Shown: positions 36,666-45,101, counted from the stretch's first letter. The stretch: 64,000 bases of DNA from an uncultured Candidatus Peribacteria bacterium (GCA_964391185.1 CAYMIX010000004.1:48088-112087), one strand, 5' to 3'. Numbers and translations: made by a program. Notes: generated by a model from the sequence alone, not told the origin.

Positions 36666-36688
36666 ACTGAGCTACCGTGACATGGGTC
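36666..36688 (-). repeat. 23-bp perfect direct repeat of the tRNA-CAU 5' end plus 7 upstream nt (partner at 36568-36590)
   Basis: actgagctaccgtgacatgggtc occurs twice, 98 nt apart. Confidence 0.8.
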
Positions 36689-36802
36689 TGTTTGCTGCAC
36701 AATGATGAGTTAAACGATCAAACATGCTCTTTAAGAGCCCGGAAAGAGTAGCCAAAGCCAAAGGCTTCGACAAGCGTAAATCGGACCTTAGAACCTCTTT
36801 CC

Positions 36803-37564
36803 TTACGATTTGGAACCCCAAGAAAACATTGATGTCATTCTTCTAAATAACCCCTTTGGCTTTTCTGGTGCAGAAGGAGGTGTAACAGTGACTGGCTGTG
36901 CAATCGGAGATGGAGTCTTTGGTTTCGACACACCTCCGGCATGTATCCACGCCCGCTTGGCAGCCTCGTTGGCAGCGTTCACCGAGAGTGTCGCTCGGAA
37001 TTCTTTCTTGAGATCATAAATAGCCTTCAGCGTTGCTTCAGATATATGTTCGTCGAGGCGCAGTTTCACTGTTTTGTTGTTCTCAAGCTGTGCGCGAACG
37101 GCCGCAAGATTAATGCCCGATGAGCGGATGCCTTCTTCAACAATGTTCGTTCTACGATCAAACGGATCGATTGAATCAGTTGGCTTTCCGTGTACAACGA
37201 ACGCTTCTTTGGCTCCCACAGTCTGGGTTCTATTTTCTCCGCGTAGCTGTGCGGCAATATCTTTATTCGTCGTTCTTGCTCGCACCTTGATTCCCTGTGC
37301 TTTTAATGTAGGCATAACGACGTTTCGCAGCTCATCGAGCTGTGCTCTCGTGTGGATCTGATATGTTGCAATTCCATTACTAACATTCTTTGCATACAGG
37401 CCCACGTTGAGAGGGTGTGCTTCAAAGGTTGTTTCTCCAACTGCATCAGGGATGACTCCATCAATTGCAGTCGTGCTGCCTGCAGCATCAACCGTGTCCG
37501 TTGTGAATGGTCGGCTGTATTCGATTCGTTCATTCAGAAGTATCTGAAGGGATAATTCGCGCAT
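36803..37564 (-). CDS. Hypothetical protein
   Basis: ORF only. Confidence 0.5.
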   Translation of the reverse strand: MRELSLQILLNERIEYSRPFTTDTVDAAGSTTAIDGVIPDAVGETTFEAHPLNVGLYAKNVSNGIATYQIHTRAQLDELRNVVMPTLKAQGIKVRARTTNKDIAAQLRGENRTQTVGAKEAFVVHGKPTDSIDPFDRRTNIVEEGIRSSGINLAAVRAQLENNKTVKLRLDEHISEATLKAIYDLKKEFRATLSVNAANEAAKRAWIHAGGVSKPKTPSPIAQPVTVTPPSAPEKPKGLFRRMTSMFSWGSKS

Positions 37565-37630
37565 GAATGAGGGGAAAAATAGCGGCGTATCCTACATTTT
37601 CAACATGGTCTGTCAAAGACGTTTCACTTT

Positions 37631-37987
37631 CTACAGCATCAAAAACAACGCCACGCTGCTCAGCAACAATCCAATATCGCGAATGGCGATGTCGTTCCAG
37701 CCTGTTTGCGTGAGGATTGCGAGGAGGTGCAAAGCAACGAGAATTGATCCTGCTTGTTGTACGCGGCGATGGGGAATCAAAAGGAGGATCGCGAAGAACA
37801 TTTCCGTTGCACCAGTAATCATCAGCCATTGTTCACGCGTGAAACCCATTAATTCTTCCAGCCACATTGGCATCCATCCGATCCAGATATCCGGATTCAT
37901 GAATTTATCCAGACCAAAATATCCGAAGACAAATGCGAGGCTGGCAACAAGAATCCATTTTGCAGAGTTTTGTCGTTGCATAGCCAT
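37631..37987 (-). CDS. DoxX-family membrane protein
   Basis: Four helices, FGYFGLDKF and HLLAIL segments typical of DoxX. Confidence 0.55.
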   Translation of the reverse strand: MAMQRQNSAKWILVASLAFVFGYFGLDKFMNPDIWIGWMPMWLEELMGFTREQWLMITGATEMFFAILLLIPHRRVQQAGSILVALHLLAILTQTGWNDIAIRDIGLLLSSVALFLML

Positions 37988-38038
37988 GAAGGTTACCTTA
38001 GCATGAGATCTCTGTCATTTTTTCCCCCATTGATTTCT

Positions 38039-38560
38039 ATGTACAAAACTCGATTGATGATTGTACTTTCATGCGTATCACTTTTGGGTGCATGTAATGC
38101 ATCTACAACAACAGAAGATTCCGATTCTTCATCGTCATCGATGATGATGGAAGATGCCAGCTCTTCGTTCGATCCAAATGCTCCATTCCTCGATGACGAT
38201 GCATCTTCGTCCGATGGAGTAGAACTCAATGTGCATTCGAGCGAGTCCGCATCAGCAATGACGACTTCTGCACCATCGGCAGCAGTACCACGTGTCATCA
38301 CCGTCTCCGTGACTGATTGGTCTTTTTCTCCAACAATGATCAATGTAAAGAAAGGTGAAAAAGTTCAGCTCAAACTCGTTGGTGGTACAGGTATTCACAG
38401 CTTTGCTGTTCCAGGACTCGACATGAATGTTCGTATCGAAGCTGGTCAGACAGTGATTGTCGACTTGCCAACAGATATTGCTGGATCATTTGATGCTTCC
38501 TGCCGCATCCCATGTGGACCTGGGCACAAGGATATGAAGGCGACGGTTGTGATTGCGTAA
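38039..38560 (+). CDS. Lipoprotein with cupredoxin domain carrying a CuA-type motif
   Basis: LLGAC lipobox, acidic/Ser linker, GIHSFAVP and CRIPCGPGHKDM (C-x3-C-G-x2-H-x2-M). Confidence 0.65.
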   Translation: MYKTRLMIVLSCVSLLGACNASTTTEDSDSSSSSMMMEDASSSFDPNAPFLDDDASSSDGVELNVHSSESASAMTTSAPSAAVPRVITVSVTDWSFSPTMINVKKGEKVQLKLVGGTGIHSFAVPGLDMNVRIEAGQTVIVDLPTDIAGSFDASCRIPCGPGHKDMKATVVIA

Positions 38561-38612
38561 TATTTCTATTTTGTAGAGACGTGCGAATCGCACGTCTCTA
38601 CAATTGGTTTAT

Positions 38613-39251
38613 ATGAAACGTTTCATTCCTGCATTAATCGCCTTAATCATTTTCGCCTGCACGGCGATTTATTCACGTCAGCCTCGTGCGAACCCAGACC
38701 CTAACCACACGCATGCTGACTTCGCGATTTGGATCAACGGACAGATGGCGGATTTCACTGATCAAAAATATCAGAGTGAAGCGTATGACCCTGAAAGTGG
38801 TAACCAAGTTCGTGTGGACCCAATGCGTAAGTACCTACATTTACATGATGGGAATGGTCACGTGCTACATCGTCACAAGCCAGGGCTGACATTTGGAGAG
38901 TTCTTGGAATCCCTCGGTATAGTTATCAGCAAGAGTGGACTAAACCTTTGCATGGAAATTCCTGGGAAACAAAATGAATGTGAGAATGAAGCATTGCACA
39001 TCAATTGGGTGATGATTGTGAATGGTGAACGCAAGCCGTTCTTTGATATCGCATATGATTTCAATGATGGCGACAAGATTCTCATCGAGCTTCCACAGAC
39101 TGATGCAGAAGATATTCCCATGGTGTGGGAGCACTGGGGACTGATGACGGATGACGCATGTATGTTCTCCAAAACGTGTCCATGGCGCGGTGCACCTCCA
39201 ACGGAAAACTGTCTCGCAGATGCTTCTATTCCATGTGTCATTCCCGACTAA
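38613..39251 (+). CDS. Secreted/anchored His-rich protein of unknown function
   Basis: HTHADFAIWINGQ ... LHLHDGNGHVLHRH ... LTFGEFLESLG conserved-looking metal-ligand pattern; Cys-rich C-terminus. Confidence 0.55.
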   Translation: MKRFIPALIALIIFACTAIYSRQPRANPDPNHTHADFAIWINGQMADFTDQKYQSEAYDPESGNQVRVDPMRKYLHLHDGNGHVLHRHKPGLTFGEFLESLGIVISKSGLNLCMEIPGKQNECENEALHINWVMIVNGERKPFFDIAYDFNDGDKILIELPQTDAEDIPMVWEHWGLMTDDACMFSKTCPWRGAPPTENCLADASIPCVIPD

Positions 39252-39263
39252 TGACTAAATTGA

Positions 39264-39298
39264 GCGTGTCATCCTGAGCCCGACGAAGGAGACGCGCG
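39264..39298 (+). repeat. REP-like element, TCCT/AGGA variant
   Basis: gcgtgtcatcctgagcccgacgaaggagacgcgc. Confidence 0.6.
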
Positions 39299-39300
39299 AA

Positions 39301-39330
39301 TGTGATGGTTCGTCGAGCTCACCATGACAC
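39301..39330 (-). repeat. REP-like element, TGGT/ACCA variant (reverse)
   Basis: Reverse complement reads gtgtcatggtgagctcgacgaaccatcaca. Confidence 0.6.
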
Positions 39331-39355
39331 ATTCGATTCCTGATAGACTACTCAT

Positions 39356-39859
39356 ATGACCGACCCCCAAGATTCCACCGCCGGCCAACCTGTAAATGAT
39401 GCAGCAGTGCAAATAGCTGCACTACAAGCAGAACTCGCGAAGCTCAAAGACATCGCAGCTCGCGCTCAGGCAGATCTTCAAAATGCAAAGGCTCGCGTAG
39501 AGCGTGATGGTGAAGAATTGCGTAGGTTCGCATCAGAAACGGTTATCCGTCGCATGCTCCCAACACTCGATAACTTCCAGCGCGCATTCGTGCATATACC
39601 AGAAGAATTGCAGAATCATGAATGGGTGAAGGGTGTTTCTGCTATTGAATCCGACCTGATGAAACAGATGTCTGATGTTGGGCTCAAGAAAATTAAATCT
39701 CTCGGAGAAGTATCCGATCCTAACCGTCATGAAGTAATCAATATTGGTCCAGGCGCAGAGGGTGTTGTGACGGAAGTCTTCGAAGATGGTTATGAGCTGC
39801 ACGGCAAAGTCTTGCGTCCGGCAAAGGTGAAAGTAGGCGATGGGAGCGTGTCATCCTGA
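39356..39859 (+). CDS. grpE: Nucleotide exchange factor GrpE
   Basis: Coiled-coil N-terminus, LLPTLDNFQRA, DPNRHEVI, beta C-domain. The last 4 codons and stop lie in a REP copy. Confidence 0.85.
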   Translation: MTDPQDSTAGQPVNDAAVQIAALQAELAKLKDIAARAQADLQNAKARVERDGEELRRFASETVIRRMLPTLDNFQRAFVHIPEELQNHEWVKGVSAIESDLMKQMSDVGLKKIKSLGEVSDPNRHEVINIGPGAEGVVTEVFEDGYELHGKVLRPAKVKVGDGSVSS

Positions 39860-39876
39860 GCCCGGACGAAGGACAT
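39848..39876 (+). repeat. REP-like element, TCCT/AGGA variant, overlapping the grpE stop
   Basis: gtgtcatcctgagcccggacgaaggacat. Confidence 0.6.
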
Positions 39877-39884
39877 GCCTTAAC

Positions 39885-39914
39885 GTGTCATGGTGAGCGG
39901 AGACGAATCCATAC
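39885..39914 (+). repeat. REP-like element, TGGT/ACCA variant
   Basis: gtgtcatggtgagcggagacgaatccatac. Confidence 0.6.
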
Positions 39915-39923
39915 ACATTCAGG

Positions 39924-40574
39924 TTAGCTCAATGATTGTGTCGTAATCAGAATGAGGAAAATTCCGATCGTATTGAAGAAGAAGCAGGTGAAGGCAAATG
40001 TTCTTTCTTTGATCTCACTCATACCACCTAAGAGCGTCACGCCAATTTCATCCGGAAGAGGGGATGCAATGATAATGCCGGCGAAGGTCCAGAGAATGTA
40101 TTCGCGAATACGTTCAGGAACACTTTCATGATGCAGCTTTTCACCGACCCAACGGAATACTGCTGTCGTGCGAAGCTTGTGGAGCTCATCAGCAAATGAG
40201 AAGCGAATCCATTCGAAGATGCACATATCCGAAAGAACCGCGCCGATACCGGCAACAAGCGCGCCGAGCCCTGGGTGCACTTCGTCTGCCATCGCGATGA
40301 AAATGGCGATTGCAAAAGGCGTTGTAAATCCGAAGGAAAAGAGTGCGCCGCCGAGGAACATGGAGATGTAGCCGTGACCGTGAAGGTATACTGGCAATGC
40401 ATTAAAAAGGCCTATTTGATACAGCACGTAGGCAAGAATAAACGTGCAGCAGAGCAGAAGAAGTTTTGGATACTGTATGTATGTTTTCACATATTTATTA
40501 TACCAAAAAATGGGTATTTTGGCTATAGGCGCCACGTCATCCTGAGGTGCCCGCACGATGGATTCGAGGCTCAT
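39924..40574 (-). CDS. Polytopic membrane protein, unknown function (start uncertain)
   Basis: Hydrophobic helices throughout. The annotated N-terminus MSLESIVRAPQDDVAP is encoded by REP-like sequence; an alternative GTG lies near 40490. Confidence 0.55.
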   Translation of the reverse strand: MSLESIVRAPQDDVAPIAKIPIFWYNKYVKTYIQYPKLLLLCCTFILAYVLYQIGLFNALPVYLHGHGYISMFLGGALFSFGFTTPFAIAIFIAMADEVHPGLGALVAGIGAVLSDMCIFEWIRFSFADELHKLRTTAVFRWVGEKLHHESVPERIREYILWTFAGIIIASPLPDEIGVTLLGGMSEIKERTFAFTCFFFNTIGIFLILITTQSLS

Positions 40575-40637
40575 CTTCGCTACGCTCAGATTCGCACCTC
40601 ACCATGACGTGCGGTGCCTCGAAGGACCGTGGCGCCA

Positions 40638-41951
40638 CTATGCTTTTATCAGTTCTTGAAACTGCCCTCCTTTGTCTTCAAAGTTCTTAAACATGCCGTA
40701 GCTTGGCGATGCGGTTGAAAGGAGGGTGATTGGATTTAGGACATCGGACTTAGGACATCGGATGGCTGTATCGACAGCTTCTTTCATTGATGCTGCTTCG
40801 TGGAATTCCACCTGTGCATTCGCTGCCTGAATTGCTGCTTTAATCTTGGGTCCGGAACCTGGGAAGAGGATAACGTTTTTTACCGATGACAATGCGATGC
40901 GCTCGCCAAGTGTACCGAAGTCATAGCCGCGGTCTTGGCCACCCAAAATAATCGTCTGCACGCGGCCCGCCAGACCGTTGTCGGGCTGGTCACCGAGTGC
41001 ATCAAGCGCAGCAATTGTACTTTCTGGTGTGGTGGAAATGGCATCATCCACCCAATCGATTCCGTGATAGTTTCCGACGAATTCAAGGCGATGTGGGAGT
41101 CCTTTAAAGTTTTTGATTACATCGATTATTGTTGTATCGCTGATGCCCAATTCCTGTGCGACACGCGTTGCAGCACCAATGTTACTCAAGTTATGTGCGC
41201 CGAGTAATTTTGTTTCTTCTATCGCAACTGGAGCATCTTCAGCGGAGAAGGGGAGTTTGCGAGCTGCTCCTTCTTTTGCGATTTCGATCGCTCCATGGGA
41301 AGACTGATTGAAGAACAACATGTCATCAGCCTTCTGGAAACGTGCGATGTGTTTCTTGGCTTCCAAATATGCATCGATACTTCCATGGTAATCCAAATGT
41401 TCCGGGAAAAAGCTCGTGACCACGGCTATGTGCGGGCTCGTTGTAAGAAGCATGAGTTGATAGCTGCTCATTTCCAATACAACGTACGTTCCTTTTTTGA
41501 CATCAGCTAGATGTGCAATCGCGGGGTCTCCGATATTTCCCAAGAGTAGTACATCTTTTTTTGCAGCCGAAAGAATCGCCGCGATCAGACTCGAAGTCGT
41601 ACTTTTTCCTTTGGATCCTGTGACGCCGATGATGGTTGCTCCATGGTCGGCGATGGTATCGAGGAAGACTTGTGTGCTCGTGGTAAGTGGTAAGTGGGAT
41701 GTGTCAGGCAATTCCTTTGGAGGGATGCCTGGGGATGTAACAATCACATCGAATTTATTCAGATTATGTAACCAACCTGAACCAACTTGTAACCAATGTT
41801 TTGCGTTCTCCGACTTCACAGATTCATCTTTATCAGCAATCGTTATTTCGCATGTAGGAGCGAATTTCTCGAGAGCGCTTACAACAGCTTTTCCTTCGCG
41901 ACCGTAGCCGAGGACGCATATATTTTTGCCGGCAAAGTCTGCGATCTTCAT
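40638..41951 (-). CDS. murD: UDP-N-acetylmuramoyl-L-alanine--glutamate ligase (MurD or MurD2-type)
   Basis: VLGYGREGKA Rossmann N-domain, GVTGSKGKSTTSS P-loop, Mur C-domain; ATGA overlap with the upstream gene. Confidence 0.85.
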   Translation of the reverse strand: MKIADFAGKNICVLGYGREGKAVVSALEKFAPTCEITIADKDESVKSENAKHWLQVGSGWLHNLNKFDVIVTSPGIPPKELPDTSHLPLTTSTQVFLDTIADHGATIIGVTGSKGKSTTSSLIAAILSAAKKDVLLLGNIGDPAIAHLADVKKGTYVVLEMSSYQLMLLTTSPHIAVVTSFFPEHLDYHGSIDAYLEAKKHIARFQKADDMLFFNQSSHGAIEIAKEGAARKLPFSAEDAPVAIEETKLLGAHNLSNIGAATRVAQELGISDTTIIDVIKNFKGLPHRLEFVGNYHGIDWVDDAISTTPESTIAALDALGDQPDNGLAGRVQTIILGGQDRGYDFGTLGERIALSSVKNVILFPGSGPKIKAAIQAANAQVEFHEAASMKEAVDTAIRCPKSDVLNPITLLSTASPSYGMFKNFEDKGGQFQELIKA

Positions 41952-43360
41952 AGGTTCTCGATCAATGGCTTGAATGGTGCAGGAAGGCTTTCGAGTGAAG
42001 CGCTGGAAATACTTTCTTCAATCACTTCTTTCGGGTCCTTAATATGTGGTAACGCTTCAGCAATAAACATTTTCATCGCAGCAGTGTCATCGTATTGCTT
42101 TGTCTTATGTGCAAGCAAGAACGCCGCCGCTACCTCACGCGCAGTTCCGACGCATTCAAATGGCTTGTGGCCTTCGATGCCCAAGAGTTCGCGATAGAGC
42201 GGAAGCAATGCTTCATCTTCAAACAAACTGTGATTGAAGATCTGCTTCATTTCGTCTGGCTCCAAAAATGGTGCAAAAATTGCAAAGCTAAACGCGCACT
42301 TAGGACACTCGGTACACCAACGCGGCCCCACCCCACTCGTTACACGAGTGTTCCTCCCCCCTTGGGGGAGGGATTTATGGTGGGGGCGGATGTGCCAGTT
42401 GCGGTTGCAGCTGGTGAAAAGTGGCAAGTAGCGCTCGTACTGAACCAATTCATGTGCGATCTGCAATTCGCTGAGTGGTCGCAACATGCTGAAGACCGTT
42501 ACATTCGGAGAAATATTCGTATGGATGTACTCATTCAATAAGTTTTCAAATTGCAGGCTCTTACTCCACTGATGATTCACATCGCGGTCGCCGTGTTTGA
42601 AGTTTCCTTCATCTGCACTGCGTTCATTGCTGAATGCGACGTATGGATGATCTGTAAGTAACGCGATGATGACTGTGAGACAGCTCAAATATGCCGTGAT
42701 AGGAATGTGTCCGTTGAGTGCACCTTCTGCATTGAGGTCGAAAAGCGCTCCGGAAAGTTTTCGTTCGATGGTAATCATCGGGAGTCCTGCAGTGCGCGCC
42801 ATCTCTACAATGTATGGATGATGACCCAAGCGAAGAAGTGTGAGTTGGAAACCAGATTTCTTGAGGAGTTCGATTGTTACTAATGAATCTTTTCCGCCAC
42901 CGATGGGAACTAAGACCTTAGTGTCATGGTGAGGTGTCATGGTGAGCTCCGACGAACCACGAACCATACCCTCTTTATGTCGCACTTCGCCGAGCTCAGT
43001 GTGACACGGAAAGTTCACGATGCCCGTTGGATCAATATTATTTCTGAAGAAGAATTCTCCGAGTCCATTTTCATACACCGTTTTCCAAAACGTAGATTCT
43101 GGTTCAGAAAGTTTCTGGTTCCTCAGTTCAATTTTTTTTGGCAAACATGTTTTGTAGTAACTGATGCCACCGATCACATGGAGTGCCTGGAGTGCGCGCA
43201 GAACTTCCGGGTCTTTGCAACGGTTAAAGGGAACGTTCGCTGGCAGAACCAATCGCTCAACGAACTCGATTTCGTTATCAAGCCAATAGCGCAGTTCTAT
43301 CGAGTGCGTAGGTTCATCAAAGGCAGCCGATTCAAAAACGAATGATTGATACTGTTTCAT
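41948..43360 (-). CDS. PP-loop (SGGKDS-type) ATP pyrophosphatase-family protein; candidate MurL-like UDP-MurNAc-L-Ala-L-Glu epimerase
   Basis: VPIGGGKDS PP-loop and CNRNW...WCTECPKC Cys cluster; translationally coupled to murD; carries two in-frame repeat insertions. Confidence 0.45.
   Translation of the reverse strand: MKQYQSFVFESAAFDEPTHSIELRYWLDNEIEFVERLVLPANVPFNRCKDPEVLRALQALHVIGGISYYKTCLPKKIELRNQKLSEPESTFWKTVYENGLGEFFFRNNIDPTGIVNFPCHTELGEVRHKEGMVRGSSELTMTPHHDTKVLVPIGGGKDSLVTIELLKKSGFQLTLLRLGHHPYIVEMARTAGLPMITIERKLSGALFDLNAEGALNGHIPITAYLSCLTVIIALLTDHPYVAFSNERSADEGNFKHGDRDVNHQWSKSLQFENLLNEYIHTNISPNVTVFSMLRPLSELQIAHELVQYERYLPLFTSCNRNWHIRPHHKSLPQGGRNTRVTSGVGPRWCTECPKCAFSFAIFAPFLEPDEMKQIFNHSLFEDEALLPLYRELLGIEGHKPFECVGTAREVAAAFLLAHKTKQYDDTAAMKMFIAEALPHIKDPKEVIEESISSASLESLPAPFKPLIENL
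42326..42387. repeat. G-run/C-run structured element, in frame inside the PP-loop gene
   Basis: ccccacc...cactcgttacacgagtg...cctccccccttgggggagg...ggtgggg encodes PHHKSLPQGGRNTRVTSGVG. Confidence 0.55.
42921..42968 (+). repeat. REP-like element (TGGT/ACCA variant, head duplicated), in frame inside the PP-loop gene
   Basis: gtgtcatggtgag gtgtcatggtgagctccgacgaaccacgaaccatac encodes MVRGSSELTMTPHHDT just before the PP-loop. Confidence 0.65.
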
Positions 43361-43445
43361 ACGTAGGGGAAGGATAGCACGGATTGCCTTATGATTCTGC
43401 GGTTTTCTCTAAGCTCAGACTGCGCTAATATGACCCAGCTTTCGT

Positions 43446-43530
43446 GCCATGGTGGCGGAATTGGTATACGCGCGCGACTCAAAATCGCGTTCCGCAAGGA
43501 TTGAGGGTTCGAGTCCCTCCCATGGCACCA
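43446..43530 (+). tRNA. tRNA-Leu (anticodon CAA), long variable arm, CCA encoded
   Basis: gccatgg/ccatggc acceptor, cgcga-CTCAAAA-tcgcg, 14-nt variable arm. Confidence 0.9.
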
Positions 43531-43628
43531 TTCGCAGTGGCGAACTCCTCATGGCAGTCCTTAAAGGGAGCTTCTTTTACATCCAAGCATGATCTTGATT
43601 TCCTGTTCGCCGGGAATATTCTCGGAGC

Positions 43629-44096
43629 ATGACGAGCATTGAATCACCACAACATGTAGATGTTGTTTCAGCCACAGAGATTCCACAGGGGCAAAAACCC
43701 GCAATTACTTTTACACAGGAACAACTTGTAGCTGCTTATCAGCAAATTGTTGCCGAAAGAACGGCAGAAAAAGATGCAGCGGATGCAGTTGCTGCTCATC
43801 TTTCAGCTGAGACAGGTTTCAAATTTGAAGTGCCAATGATTGATTCTCGATCAGGGGATCAAAAAATGATGACGCCCGACAGGCACGTGCACTCCTTGGT
43901 CATGCGACTGACCGAACATGATGATTGGGCAGGTGCACTGCGCATTCTTGCACAACATGGTGTGCACATGCGGCCTTGGTCAGGAAACTTGAGTCATGAG
44001 CCGACCGGTACATATGCACCACCAGCTGATTTGCATCCTGCAGCCCAGGAGAGTTATTCATTGATTATCAAAGAATTGCTCCTGGTGGATTGTTAA
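43629..44096 (+). CDS. Hypothetical protein
   Basis: ORF only. Confidence 0.45.
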   Translation: MTSIESPQHVDVVSATEIPQGQKPAITFTQEQLVAAYQQIVAERTAEKDAADAVAAHLSAETGFKFEVPMIDSRSGDQKMMTPDRHVHSLVMRLTEHDDWAGALRILAQHGVHMRPWSGNLSHEPTGTYAPPADLHPAAQESYSLIIKELLLVDC

Positions 44097-44180
44097 CAGA
44101 ATGAAAAAGTGGAACCGTTCGCTTCTTCACCGAGGTTCCGATTTGTCTCTTGTATCTCGTCTCTTGTATCTTAGATACAT

Positions 44181-45101
44181 ATGTACGACGTTTTAATCAT
44201 CGGTCTCGGTTGCGCCGGATACACAGCAGCTATTTACAGTGCGCGTTACAAACTTAAAACCTATCTCGTGGGCAATGTGCAGGGTGGGCTTGGTATCACC
44301 GCTGCAGAAGTAGGGAACTGGCCTGGTGATATGGAAATCACCGGACCAGACTTGATGGAAAAGTTTCACAAGCACGCAGCAAGTTTCGAAGAAGTCACCG
44401 TGAAGCTCGCACGTATCGATAAAATAGAAAAGATCGAAAGTGGTTTTCGTTTACATCAAGATGATGGCTGCACGGTCGATGGAAAAACAATTATCTTCGC
44501 GATGGGCAGTAACAAGCGTCATTTGGGCGTGCCAGGGGAAGAGCGTTTATCAGGAAAAGGTGTCACGTACTGTGCGACATGCGATGCGTTCTTCTATCGT
44601 GGAAAAGATGTCGCTGTGATAGGTGGTGGAGATAGTGCCGTCGAAGGTGCTGCGATTGCCGCTCAGGTTGCGCGTCGTGTGTACCTGATCCACCGTCGCG
44701 ATAGCTTCCGCGCAGAGCCATACTGGGTTGATCGTGTGAAATCCAAAGATAACGTGACGATGGTTCTCAATACGAACATCACAGAAATCTTGGGTGATCA
44801 GAAGGTATCCGGTATCAAGATCGATACGCCATTCGAGGGGTCCAACGAGATTAAAGTTGATGGTGTGTTTATCGAGATTGGTGCTGACCCAGCGACAAGC
44901 TTGGCACAGTCGATCGGTTGTACAGTGGATGCCAAAGGGTACTTAATTGTTGATAATGCGATGAAAACGCCGGTTCCAGGAGTCTATGGCGCGGGTGATA
45001 TCACCAATGGAAACAATTACTTCGCCCAATTCGTCACGGCAGCAGGAGAAGGTGCTGTGGCTGCAAATAGCGCTTTTGCGTACCTGCAGGCGTCCCATTA
45101 A
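44181..45101 (+). CDS. trxB: Thioredoxin-disulfide reductase
   Basis: IIGLGCAGYTAA FAD motif, redox CATCDA, GGGDSAVEGA NADPH motif. Confidence 0.9.
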   Translation: MYDVLIIGLGCAGYTAAIYSARYKLKTYLVGNVQGGLGITAAEVGNWPGDMEITGPDLMEKFHKHAASFEEVTVKLARIDKIEKIESGFRLHQDDGCTVDGKTIIFAMGSNKRHLGVPGEERLSGKGVTYCATCDAFFYRGKDVAVIGGGDSAVEGAAIAAQVARRVYLIHRRDSFRAEPYWVDRVKSKDNVTMVLNTNITEILGDQKVSGIKIDTPFEGSNEIKVDGVFIEIGADPATSLAQSIGCTVDAKGYLIVDNAMKTPVPGVYGAGDITNGNNYFAQFVTAAGEGAVAANSAFAYLQASH

